DNA of 64,000 nt from contig JAWKJA010000002.1 of NCBI GenBank assembly GCA_041394025.1, positions 979,178-1,043,177 on the forward strand, written 5' to 3'. Every line of letters begins with the position of its first letter. The first letter of the stretch is position 1. Source of the DNA: Acidimicrobiia bacterium. Its GTDB lineage: Bacteria; Actinomycetota; Acidimicrobiia; IMCC26256; JAOSJL01. Both the position numbers and the translations under genes were made by a program. The notes under the pieces were generated by a model that saw only the letters and a list, made by a program, of their open reading frames with translations, ran no database searches and was not told where the DNA came from. Shown piece by piece: positions 9,401-17,773 of the stretch.

Positions 9401-9441
9401 ATCGTCGGAACGTCAAGTGACGGCCTCGCGGGGAACTCGGC

Positions 9442-10374
9442 ATGACCGATCGGTTGGATCTCTACTCAACGCTCGTGGCGGCCCGCGCGCTCGAGGAGTC
9501 GGTGAGCGAGCACGCGGCGTACTACCACTCCGGCTTCGGCATGGAGGCCGTGGGCGTCGGCGTGGCCTCGGGCCTCCGGCCGACCGACCCGCTCGTCACC
9601 CACTACCGCGGCGTCGCAGCGCCGCTCGCCAAGGGGATGACGGCCCACGACATCCTCCGCAGCTTCCTGCTGAAAGCGACGTCGCCCACACGTGCACGGA
9701 GTTGGCACACCGTCGACACCGACCGGGGGCTCTACGGCCATCAGGGCACATCGGGCAGCGAGTTCGGACGGGCCGCCGGACTGGCACTCGCAGCCCAGCG
9801 GCGCGGCGAGGGCGATGTCGCCGTTGCGATGTTCGGCGACGGCTCGGCGCAGCGCGGCACACTCCACGAAGCGTTTCTCATGGCGTGCTCGTGGGATCTC
9901 CCTGTCGTCTGGGTGTGCGAGAACAACGGATACATGATCTCCACGCGCGCGGATCGGATCTTCCCCGGCGCCATCGCCGATCTGGCGGGTGGCTACGCGA
10001 TGCCGTGCCTGACAGTCGACGGCAACGACGTGTTCGCTGTGTCAGGCGCCATGGACGAGCTCACCGAAGCGGTGCGAAGCGGCGGACCTCCGGCCTTCCT
10101 CGAGGCGCAGACCTTCCGGGTCCGATCCCACACCGAGATCGAGGAGGCTCCGTACCAGGATCCCGAGGAGGTTGAACGGTGGAGGGAACGCGACCCTTTG
10201 GCCGTGGCCCGTGGCCTGCTCATCGACGAAGGAGCCTCACCCGAGGAGATCGACGAGCTCGAGGCAGGCACCCGAGCCGAGATCGATGCAGCGACAGCAG
10301 ATGTCCTGGCGGAGCCCGATCTGGATCCGACCGCCAACCCCTACGAGTACCTCTACGCGACAGAGGCGACCTGA
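9442..10374 (+). CDS. Thiamine-diphosphate-dependent 2-oxoacid/acetoin dehydrogenase E1 component, alpha subunit
   Basis: 310 aa with a GDG...NN-type ThDP motif (FGDGSAQRG...VCENNGY). Confidence 0.85.
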   Translation: MTDRLDLYSTLVAARALEESVSEHAAYYHSGFGMEAVGVGVASGLRPTDPLVTHYRGVAAPLAKGMTAHDILRSFLLKATSPTRARSWHTVDTDRGLYGHQGTSGSEFGRAAGLALAAQRRGEGDVAVAMFGDGSAQRGTLHEAFLMACSWDLPVVWVCENNGYMISTRADRIFPGAIADLAGGYAMPCLTVDGNDVFAVSGAMDELTEAVRSGGPPAFLEAQTFRVRSHTEIEEAPYQDPEEVERWRERDPLAVARGLLIDEGASPEEIDELEAGTRAEIDAATADVLAEPDLDPTANPYEYLYATEAT

Positions 10375-10376
10375 CG

Positions 10377-11348
10377 ATGACCGAGATGGGCTTCTTCCAG
10401 GCCGTCACCGAGGCGATCGCCGACGAGATGGACCAGGACCCCACCGTGATGCTGTGGGGTGAGAACGTCGAAGACCCCTACGGCGGTCTGCTCCAGCAGT
10501 ACGCAGGGCTGTCGACGCGGTTCGGCGACCGCGTGAAGGACTCCCCGTTGGCCGAGACCGCGATCGTCGGAGCCGCCATGGGCGCGGCCATGGGTGGACT
10601 GCGTCCGGTCGTCGACATCCAGATCGCCGACTTCTCGTTCGTGGCCATGGAAGAGATCGTGCGAGCGCCGCGGTGGCGACACACGCATGGTGGAGCCGGC
10701 GACATGCGGATGCCGATCGTCGTCAAGACGCTCGTCGGCGGTTACATGGGCGTGGGTGCCAACCACTCGCAGGTCCCCACCGGATTCTGGTGGCACACAC
10801 CCGGTCTGAAGATCGCGTTTCCCACGACACCGTCGGACGCGTACGGGCTCATGCGCAGCGCCATCCGCGACGACGACGTCGTGATGTTCTGCACGCACAA
10901 GCTCTACGCGTTCGAGGCCGGCCAGGTGGAGAGGAAGCCCGTTCCGTTCGGTCGGGCCGCCGTTCGCCGAGAAGGTGGCGACGCCACCATCGTGGCGCTC
11001 GGATACATGACCACGATCGCCTCTCAGGCCGCCGACATCCTGGCGGCTGAAGGCGTCGACGTGACGATCATCGACCCCCGCACCCTCGAGCCCTTCGACC
11101 TCGACACCGTCATGGGCTCCGTCGAGGAGACGGGTCGGTTGGTCGTCGTCGACGAGGACCATGCGCGCAGTGGGGCCGCCGCAGAGATCTGCATGCAGGT
11201 CCGGGAGGCTGCCGGACCGTCGACGTTGTCAAGCTCGCCCCGGCGCGTCGCCACGGGGAATGCCCCGTTGCCCGACGGTCCCCCTGAACTCCAGCTCCTC
11301 CCGAGCGCGCAGGGCGTCGCCGACGCCGTTCGGGCGACGCTCGCCTGA
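10377..11348 (+). CDS. 2-oxoacid/acetoin dehydrogenase E1 component, beta subunit
   Basis: ATG at 10377, 2 nt after the alpha-subunit stop. FFQAVTEAIADEM..GENV, DSPLAETAIVGAAMGAA and a transketolase-like C-terminal domain. Confidence 0.85.
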   Translation: MTEMGFFQAVTEAIADEMDQDPTVMLWGENVEDPYGGLLQQYAGLSTRFGDRVKDSPLAETAIVGAAMGAAMGGLRPVVDIQIADFSFVAMEEIVRAPRWRHTHGGAGDMRMPIVVKTLVGGYMGVGANHSQVPTGFWWHTPGLKIAFPTTPSDAYGLMRSAIRDDDVVMFCTHKLYAFEAGQVERKPVPFGRAAVRREGGDATIVALGYMTTIASQAADILAAEGVDVTIIDPRTLEPFDLDTVMGSVEETGRLVVVDEDHARSGAAAEICMQVREAAGPSTLSSSPRRVATGNAPLPDGPPELQLLPSAQGVADAVRATLA

Positions 11349-11373
11349 CAGCTCGCAGCCAACGCCTTTCGTG

Positions 11374-11904
11374 TCAGGCGTCGGCTGGGTCGTCGGTTGT
11401 CTCCGTGACCACCGAGAGATCCACGCCCTCCACGGCCGCGCCGAGGTCCTCCATCCAGTCGTCGGGATGGGCAGCGATGAACTGCGTCGTGAGCTCGATG
11501 ACCTCCGGCTCTCCCAGATCGATCACCTCGACGCCGGCCGCCTCGAGGAAGTCGTGGCTGGGCGTGCGGACGCCGTCCACCGATGCCAGGCCCGCCACGA
11601 CTCGGGGGATTCCCAGTTGTACGATGGCGCCTGCGCAGAGGAAGCACGGGATGGCGTTGGTGACGAGCGTCGTCTGCGCCAACTCGGCCAGCGGGACCGT
11701 TCCCGCCGCGCGTAGGCACGTGATCTCGGCGTGGGCGGTGACGTCACCGTCCTGGTAGTGGCGGTTCCGGCCCGTCGACAGCACAACACCGTCGGCGGTC
11801 CGCACGAGCGCAGCGCCGAACGGCGCGCCGTTCTCCGCCAGGCTCGCCCGCGCTTCACGGCTCGCCTCCGCCCACCCGGGTGTGTCTGCAGTTGAACTCT
11901 CCAC
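11374..11904 (-). CDS. CDA-fold nucleoside/nucleobase deaminase, divergent Fcy1-like paralog
   Basis: 176 aa. HAE...PCFLCAGAI zinc motifs, an AHPDDWMEDLG tail and an acidic C-terminal extension. GTG start. Confidence 0.75.
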   Translation of the reverse strand: MESSTADTPGWAEASREARASLAENGAPFGAALVRTADGVVLSTGRNRHYQDGDVTAHAEITCLRAAGTVPLAELAQTTLVTNAIPCFLCAGAIVQLGIPRVVAGLASVDGVRTPSHDFLEAAGVEVIDLGEPEVIELTTQFIAAHPDDWMEDLGAAVEGVDLSVVTETTDDPADA

Positions 11905-11956
11905 AACCGCTCACTTCGTTGGATGATTGAGGTGGGATCAGCCTACGCTCCGCGGC

Positions 11957-12904
11957 GTGACGACGCTGCTGATCGACACCGACCCGGGAGCCGACGACGC
12001 TGTCGCCATCGCCATGGCGTTGCGCACCCCCGATGTAGAGGTGGCCGCCCTCACCACCGTGGCCGGGAACACCGGACTCGACGCGTCGACACGGAACGCT
12101 CTGATCGTCCTGGACCGGGCCGGCCACGACGACATCCCGGTGCATCCCGGCGCCGACCGTCCGCTCGAAGCCGAACCGGCGGCGGCAGGCCACATCCACG
12201 GTGAAGACGGACTCGGGGATCAGGGATTCGCCGCTGTCGGAGCGCCCCACGAGACTCCGGCCGTCGACGCCACGATCGCCCTGCTGCGCGAGCGAGGCCC
12301 GCAGATCACCTGGGTGGCCCTGGGTCCTCTCACGAACATCGCCTCGGCCGTACTCGAGGATCCGGACACCTGTCGCGCGGCCTCCGAACTCGTCGTCATG
12401 GGAGGAACGGGTGACGGCGTCGGCAATGTCACTCCCGCGGCCGAGTTCAACTTCTGGGCCGATCCCGAGGCGGCCCGCATCGTGCTCCGCTCGGGAATGC
12501 GCATCAGGGTCGTCGGATGGGACGTGTCCCGGCGCGACGCTCTGATCTCCGGGGCCGACCGGGATGCTCTTCTCTCATCGAGCGACGACCTGGGAGCCTT
12601 TCTCCATGCGGCGACGAGCACACTGTTCGAGTTCACGTCACGCCGCGAGCCCGTGGACACGATGGATCTCCCGGATCCTGTGGCGGTTGCCGCAGCCATC
12701 GAGCCCGAGTCGGCTGACTGGGTCGACGTCCACGCAGACGTCGAGTGCAGCGGGGAGCTCACCCGGGGTGCGCTCGTGGTCGACCACCTCGGCAATACGG
12801 GCCTGGACCCGAACATCACCCTCTGCACGGCGTTCGATTCCCGGCGTTTCCGCGAGATGTTCCTCGACACGCTGACGTCGGGGGGAAGGGAACGGGTGTC
12901 GTGA
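11957..12904 (+). CDS. Nucleoside hydrolase (IUNH family), second copy
   Basis: LLIDTDPGADDAVAIA motif, WVALGPLTNIA and EFNFWADPEAA. I prefer the GTG at 11957 over the track's TTG at 11927, so the start is uncertain. Confidence 0.8.
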   Translation: MTTLLIDTDPGADDAVAIAMALRTPDVEVAALTTVAGNTGLDASTRNALIVLDRAGHDDIPVHPGADRPLEAEPAAAGHIHGEDGLGDQGFAAVGAPHETPAVDATIALLRERGPQITWVALGPLTNIASAVLEDPDTCRAASELVVMGGTGDGVGNVTPAAEFNFWADPEAARIVLRSGMRIRVVGWDVSRRDALISGADRDALLSSSDDLGAFLHAATSTLFEFTSRREPVDTMDLPDPVAVAAAIEPESADWVDVHADVECSGELTRGALVVDHLGNTGLDPNITLCTAFDSRRFREMFLDTLTSGGRERVS

Positions 12905-14172
12905 CACACGACGTGAATGCCCGCTCGCGGATCGCCGACGCGGCTCTCGCCCATGTCGGTGACGAGCGGATCGCATGGGTGGAGCGCCACTCTCCCGTTC
13001 TCAACGCCCTGGCACGCGAACGACTGTCCGATGGAGCGCTCACCGGCCGACGCGTCGCCGTCGTCGTTCACCTCGAGGCCAAGACGGCGTACCTGGCGCT
13101 GCTCCTCGCCGAGGCCGGAGCCCACGTCGTCGCCGCGGGGAGCAATCCCCGCTCGACGAACGACGCCGTCTGCGCCGCACTCGTGCGCCGAGGAGTCGAG
13201 GTCCACGCGGTGCACGGCGCCGGGCCGGGCGAGTTCGACGCCGACCTCCTGGCCGTCGCCGACACGGCACCCGAGATCGTCGTGGACGACGGCGCCGAGC
13301 TCACGACCCGGATGGCCCAGCACCGCGGTGACCTCCTCGGCGGTCTGCGGGGTGTCACGGAAGAAACCACGACAGGCGTGGCCCGTCTCCGTGCGATGGA
13401 CGCGGCCGGCCGACTCACGTTTCCAGCCGTCGCCGCCAACGACGCCGCCTGCAAACACCTCTTCGACAACCGCTACGGAACGGGCCAGACGACGGTCCAG
13501 GCTGTTCTCGCCCTGACCAATTCGACGTTGTGGGGAACGGCGGTCACCGTTGTCGGCTACGGCTGGGTCGGGCGCGGTGTGGCGCAGTACGCCCGTGGAC
13601 TGGGCGCGCGAGTCACGGTTGTCGAGGTCGACCCTGTCAAGGCGCTCGAGGCGCACATGGAGGGCTACCGCGTCGGATCCCTCTCCGAGGTGCTACCCGA
13701 CTCCCGAGTCGTCGTGACCGCAACCGGTGGCGTGGACGCGATCCCCGCCGATGCGGTGCCCCTGCTCCGCGACGGCGTGATCCTCGCCAACGCCGGCCAC
13801 GACGACCGCGAGATCGACGTCGGCACGCTCCGTGAGGCCGCAGAGTCCGTCGACGAGCCCCGCGCCGGCGTGGAACGGCTCCGGCTCCCAGGGGACCGGG
13901 AGGTCCACCTGCTCGTCGGAGCGGGACTCGTCAACATCGCCGGTGGCGACGGCCACCCGATCGAGATCATGGACCTGAGTTTCGCCGTGCAGGCGCTCTC
14001 GGCCCACTACATCGCCTCGACATCGCTCGCTCCGGGAATCCACCGGTTTCCGGACGATCTCGACCGAGCCATCGCACGTACGAAGCTCGCCACTCTGGGA
14101 ATCACCCTCGACGAGTCGGCTTCGGCGCTCGACGCCATCCGCGGCGAGTGGGCGAGTGGGGAGCACACATGA
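12901..14172 (+). CDS. ahcY: Adenosylhomocysteinase-like hydrolase, short archaeal/bacterial type, with the canonical catalytic residues retained
   Basis: GTG at 12901 overlaps the upstream stop (GTGA). VHLEAKTA, VVDDGAEL, TEETTTGV, KHLFDNRYG, VVGYGWVGRG, NAGHDDREID and GHPIEIMD. Confidence 0.85.
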   Translation: MTHDVNARSRIADAALAHVGDERIAWVERHSPVLNALARERLSDGALTGRRVAVVVHLEAKTAYLALLLAEAGAHVVAAGSNPRSTNDAVCAALVRRGVEVHAVHGAGPGEFDADLLAVADTAPEIVVDDGAELTTRMAQHRGDLLGGLRGVTEETTTGVARLRAMDAAGRLTFPAVAANDAACKHLFDNRYGTGQTTVQAVLALTNSTLWGTAVTVVGYGWVGRGVAQYARGLGARVTVVEVDPVKALEAHMEGYRVGSLSEVLPDSRVVVTATGGVDAIPADAVPLLRDGVILANAGHDDREIDVGTLREAAESVDEPRAGVERLRLPGDREVHLLVGAGLVNIAGGDGHPIEIMDLSFAVQALSAHYIASTSLAPGIHRFPDDLDRAIARTKLATLGITLDESASALDAIRGEWASGEHT

Positions 14173-15389
14173 GCGAGATCGCCGACCCGTCGCTGGCGCC
14201 GACGGGCGAGACGAAGATCGCGTGGGCAGCCGACCGGGCACCCGTGATGGCCACCATGCGGGATCGGCTCCGGACCACAGGCGATGTCGAGGGGCGCCGG
14301 ATCGCCGTCGTTCTCCCCATCGAGCCCAAGACCGCTCTCCTGGCACGGATCCTGGCTGAATCCGGCGCCGAGGTGTCGATCACGTCCCCGCCGAGCATGG
14401 TGCACGACGACGTGGCCGCCGCGCTCTCGGCCGGGGGCGTCGAGGTGCTCGCCCGACGAAACATGAGCACCGACGACGAACAGCGCTACCACGGGATGCT
14501 GCTCGACCGACGTCCCGAGGTGATCGTCGACGACCGGGCCGACCTCATCACGCTGGCGCACACTTCCCGCACCGAGGCGCTCGACGATTTGATCGGAGCG
14601 ACCGAGCAGACGACCTCTGGTATCGAGGTCCTGACCCGACTCGACGCCGAGGGAACTCTCCGCGTTCCCGTGATCGCCGGCAACGACGCTCGTTGCAAGC
14701 ATCTCTTCGACAACCGCTACGGATCCGGCCAGTCGGTGATCGCAGCCGTCCTCGACCGCACGAACCTCCTCATGGCGGGCGCCAACGTCGTGGTCGTCGG
14801 CTACGGCTGGGTGGGTCGAGGTGTCGCCCGGGTGGCCGCCGGGATGGGAGCGAGGGTCACGGTCACGGAGGTCGACCCGGTTGCCGCCCTCGAGGCACAC
14901 CACGACGGCTTCGAGGTGGCGACCGTGCTCGACGCATGTGGCTCCGCCGAGTTCGTGATCACCTGCTCCGGGGTGCACGGGGCGCTGAGCCCCGAGGCGA
15001 TCGACCGCTGCCCGGACGGAGTCGTGCTCGCCAACGCGGCCGGCATCGACGATGAGTTCTCGGTTCCCGATCTCGCCGCCCGCGCGTCGACGCAGCGCAG
15101 GGTGCGACCCGAGGTCGACGAGTACGAGATGCCCGACGGCCGGTCGGTCTTCGTCGTCGGCGGCGGGCACTGCGTGAACCTGTCAGCCGGTGAGGGTCAC
15201 CCCGTGGAGATCATGGATCTCAGCTTCGCGGTGCAGGGCCTGGCCGCTGCCCACCTGGCGCGCCACGGCGGCGAGATGACGCCGGGTCTGCACGCGCTCC
15301 CCACGTCGATCGACGACCAGATCGCCCGCGACAAGCTGGCTGCGCTCGGAATCTCCATCGACGGGCGGGGACGGCAGCGCGAGACGTGA
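14169..15389 (+). CDS. Adenosylhomocysteinase-like paralog with substituted catalytic positions
   Basis: ATG at 14169 overlaps the upstream stop (ATGA). It keeps KHLFDNRYG, VVGYGWVGRG and GHPVEIMD. It has LPIEPKTA, TEQTTSGI and NAAGIDDEFS where paralog 1 has VHLEAKTA, TEETTTGV and NAGHDDREID. Confidence 0.8.
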   Translation: MSEIADPSLAPTGETKIAWAADRAPVMATMRDRLRTTGDVEGRRIAVVLPIEPKTALLARILAESGAEVSITSPPSMVHDDVAAALSAGGVEVLARRNMSTDDEQRYHGMLLDRRPEVIVDDRADLITLAHTSRTEALDDLIGATEQTTSGIEVLTRLDAEGTLRVPVIAGNDARCKHLFDNRYGSGQSVIAAVLDRTNLLMAGANVVVVGYGWVGRGVARVAAGMGARVTVTEVDPVAALEAHHDGFEVATVLDACGSAEFVITCSGVHGALSPEAIDRCPDGVVLANAAGIDDEFSVPDLAARASTQRRVRPEVDEYEMPDGRSVFVVGGGHCVNLSAGEGHPVEIMDLSFAVQGLAAAHLARHGGEMTPGLHALPTSIDDQIARDKLAALGISIDGRGRQRET

Positions 15390-15404
15390 CGAACGGCTCC
15401 CAGG

Positions 15405-15875
15405 TCACGACTCCTGGCGTCCCTGGCCGCGGGCCGCGGCCACACTCAGGCGATCGAGCGTCTCACCCATCCCACGCCGCAGTCGTGCCGGACGACCCAG
15501 CAGGCGCTCGACCGCGAGCATCACCGTGGGCGTCTCCAGCGACTCGTACGACTCGGTGACGCGTGTGCCGCCCTCGACGGGCTCGAGCCGGTAGCTCCAG
15601 CGCGTCAGAGGTCGACCGCCTCGACCCGTTACGTAGACGAGCTCGCGGTCGACCTCGCAGACCTCGAGCTCGCCGCGGGTCGTCCAGCGCAGTAGCCCCC
15701 AGCGGTTGTGGCCGACAAAGGTGCGCCCCGGGCCGAACGGGGCGCCGGGATCGTCCCATGTGCAGCCCGTGCACTCCGGGCTCCACTCCCCCATCCGGGG
15801 CAGGTCCGCGAGCAGCGCCCACACCCGCGCGGGTGGGGCGGGGACGACGACGCTCACCTCGTCGGTCAGCTTCAC
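15405..15875 (-). CDS. SRPBCC (START/polyketide cyclase-like) family protein
   Basis: GTG at 15875 overlaps the TetR stop (GTGA). 156 aa; VVPAPPARVWALLADLPRMGEWSPE is typical of SRPBCC proteins. Confidence 0.7.
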   Translation of the reverse strand: MKLTDEVSVVVPAPPARVWALLADLPRMGEWSPECTGCTWDDPGAPFGPGRTFVGHNRWGLLRWTTRGELEVCEVDRELVYVTGRGGRPLTRWSYRLEPVEGGTRVTESYESLETPTVMLAVERLLGRPARLRRGMGETLDRLSVAAARGQGRQES

Positions 15876-16441
15876 CGCGAAGGATCCGCGAGCAACTCGA
15901 GCAGTCGGTCGAACAGCATCCGGGGTGGCTCCTCGAGCAACCCTGCGGCGTGCAGGAACTGGATCCCGGCGCATGCCGCCGCCAGGAGCTGAGCCGAGAG
16001 CGCGTCGATGCTGCCCTCGCCATCGTCGGTGGCGAGACTCTGCAACGCCTCCACCGCGGGAGCGACCTCGGTGACGAGCTCGGGGTCGGCGCCCGCGGCC
16101 AGGACCCCTTCGAGCACCGCGCGTACTGCACCCACCTCCGTGCGCTCCAGGTATGCAGCCTGGTCCGCCAGGAACGTCGCGGTCCGCTCCGCTCCCGTGG
16201 GAGCACGGCGCGAAGCGTCGGCCACCTCCCGGGCGAACACCTCGACCTGGCGCCGGAGGGTCGCGCGCAGAAGATCGTCGCGGTCGCGGAAGTAGCGGTA
16301 GACGGCGGGCGCGGTCATCCCCGCTGCCGCCGCGACGTCGGCCACCTGGAGGCTGCTCGCACCCCGCTCGATCACCGCGGCGGTGGCGAGCGAGAGGAGC
16401 CGGTCCCGCGTCGCCTCGTGGTGTGTGGCCGGTCGCGCCAT
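15872..16441 (-). CDS. TetR family transcriptional regulator
   Basis: 189 aa. N-terminal HTH: SLQVADVAAAAGMTAPAVYRYFRDRDDLL. Confidence 0.85.
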   Translation of the reverse strand: MARPATHHEATRDRLLSLATAAVIERGASSLQVADVAAAAGMTAPAVYRYFRDRDDLLRATLRRQVEVFAREVADASRRAPTGAERTATFLADQAAYLERTEVGAVRAVLEGVLAAGADPELVTEVAPAVEALQSLATDDGEGSIDALSAQLLAAACAGIQFLHAAGLLEEPPRMLFDRLLELLADPSR

Positions 16442-16497
16442 GACCCGGACCTCCGTTCCACACCGGTCTTGACCGACCGGTGCACCGTCTGTTAAGC

Positions 16498-16513
16498 AGC
16501 GTTACGTAACGCT
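16498..16513. promoter_or_regulatory. Perfect 16-bp palindrome AGCGTTACGTAACGCT; candidate TetR operator
   Basis: It lies in the 96-nt divergent region between the TetR gene (start 16441) and the amidohydrolase (start 16538). A second inverted repeat, CACCGGT-N8-ACCGGTG, is at 16461-16482. Confidence 0.5.
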
Positions 16514-16537
16514 AGTTCACAGAACCCCGGAGGAGCC

Positions 16538-17677
16538 ATGACCGAGCACCCCGTGATCGACGCCGACGGCCACATCCTGGAGGGACCCGGCTTCTTCGTC
16601 GAGTACCTGCCCGCCGACCTGGCGGCCACGGCCTTCGAGCTCCTGCCGGGTTCCGAATTCGACGACGGCATCGAACGCATGAGGTTGGCCGGCCACACCG
16701 TCACGATGGACATCGCCATCGGCGACGGGTGCACACCCGACGGGCTGCTCGCCGGAAACGCCACCGGCCGTGGATTCGAGGACATCCACGCCGGGGCCTT
16801 CGAGGCGCCCGCGAGACTCGACCTCATGGACGACATGGGGATCGACGTGTCGGTCCTCTACCCGTCGTTGCTGCTCATGGCCCAGATGTTCGACGATTCG
16901 ACCCGCGCCACGATCGTCGACGCCTACCAGCGCTGGATGGCCGACTTCTGCGCGGCGGATCCCGTCCGCCTCCGATGGGTGACGCCGGTTCCCCGCGTGT
17001 CGGTCGACGAGGCCGTCACCCACGTCGAGAACGCCGCCGACCGAGGGGCGGTCGGTGCGTTCTTCAGCGCGGCGCCGGCGCCGGGTTCGGGGCGCCTCGT
17101 CGGCGATCCCGCCGAGGACCCGATCCTCGATGCCCTGGTCGCACACGACCTCCCCCTCGCACTCCACGTCACCGACGGTTGGAACTCCACCTTCGACATG
17201 CGTCGACTGCTCCCGAACCGTCTGATGTGGGACATCGCGGCGGGGCCGATCGACATGATGCACGGCCTCACATACGTCCTCACCAGCGGGATGCTGGACC
17301 GGTATCCAACCCTCCGCGTCGCGATCCTCGAGGGGAACGTCGGGTGGATCCCCTACTGGGCGCACAAGATCCACGAGAGCTACGAGCACCTCGGCTCGCT
17401 GTACGACGAGCCGCCCCGCACCGCACTCGAGACGCTGCGGGAACGATGCTGGGTGTCGGGTGAGACCGACGAGCCCGGGCTCGCAGGGGTTGCCGCGCTC
17501 CTCGGGGCCGACCGGTGCCTCTGGGCCACCGACTTCCCGCACTTCGAGGCGAGCTGGAAGCCCGTCGATGAGTTGACCAGCCGTGATGACCTCACCAATG
17601 ACCAGAAGTCGGCGATGCTGTGCGACTCGTCGGTGACGTTCTACGGTCTCGACAGGGCGAGCCTTCCGACCCACTGA
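16538..17677 (+). CDS. Amidohydrolase-2 family protein (ACMSD-like metal-dependent hydrolase/decarboxylase)
   Basis: 379 aa. VIDADGHILE N-terminus and CLWATDFPHFE C-terminal motif. GGAGGAG RBS. Confidence 0.8.
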   Translation: MTEHPVIDADGHILEGPGFFVEYLPADLAATAFELLPGSEFDDGIERMRLAGHTVTMDIAIGDGCTPDGLLAGNATGRGFEDIHAGAFEAPARLDLMDDMGIDVSVLYPSLLLMAQMFDDSTRATIVDAYQRWMADFCAADPVRLRWVTPVPRVSVDEAVTHVENAADRGAVGAFFSAAPAPGSGRLVGDPAEDPILDALVAHDLPLALHVTDGWNSTFDMRRLLPNRLMWDIAAGPIDMMHGLTYVLTSGMLDRYPTLRVAILEGNVGWIPYWAHKIHESYEHLGSLYDEPPRTALETLRERCWVSGETDEPGLAGVAALLGADRCLWATDFPHFEASWKPVDELTSRDDLTNDQKSAMLCDSSVTFYGLDRASLPTH

Positions 17678-17685
17678 CGAGGCCC

Positions 17686-17719
17686 GTCGCGCCGCCCCGC
17701 GAGACACGGGCGCCGCGAC
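17686..17719 (+). terminator. GC-rich stem-loop downstream of the amidohydrolase stop; possible terminator
   Basis: GTCGCGCCGCCC-N10-GGGCGCCGCGAC pairs at 11 of 12 positions. There is no U-tract. Confidence 0.3.
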
Positions 17720-17773
17720 GCGCCAGACTGACCGGCGGGAGCCCGCAGCGGGTTCCCGGAGAGGTGGTTGGTC

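Noticed and set aside
12975-13331. Arg-rich ORFs, such as 12975..13331(+) and 13040..13270(-), that resemble protamine-like or nucleic-acid-binding peptides.
   Set aside because: They are off-frame readings of CGN/GCC-rich coding sequence inside the ahcY-like gene. They have no independent start context or RBS.
12220-13656. Long antisense or alternative-frame ORFs, including 12220..13656(-), 14007..15170(-), 16517..18028(-), 41132..42745(-), 43682..45193(-), 60083..61396(-) and 24964..27018(+).
   Set aside because: Their translations are Arg/Pro/Gly/Ala-rich and low in complexity, with no recognisable motifs. They lie fully opposite ORFs with clear family signatures. This is the stop-codon-poor shadow-frame artefact expected in GC-rich DNA.
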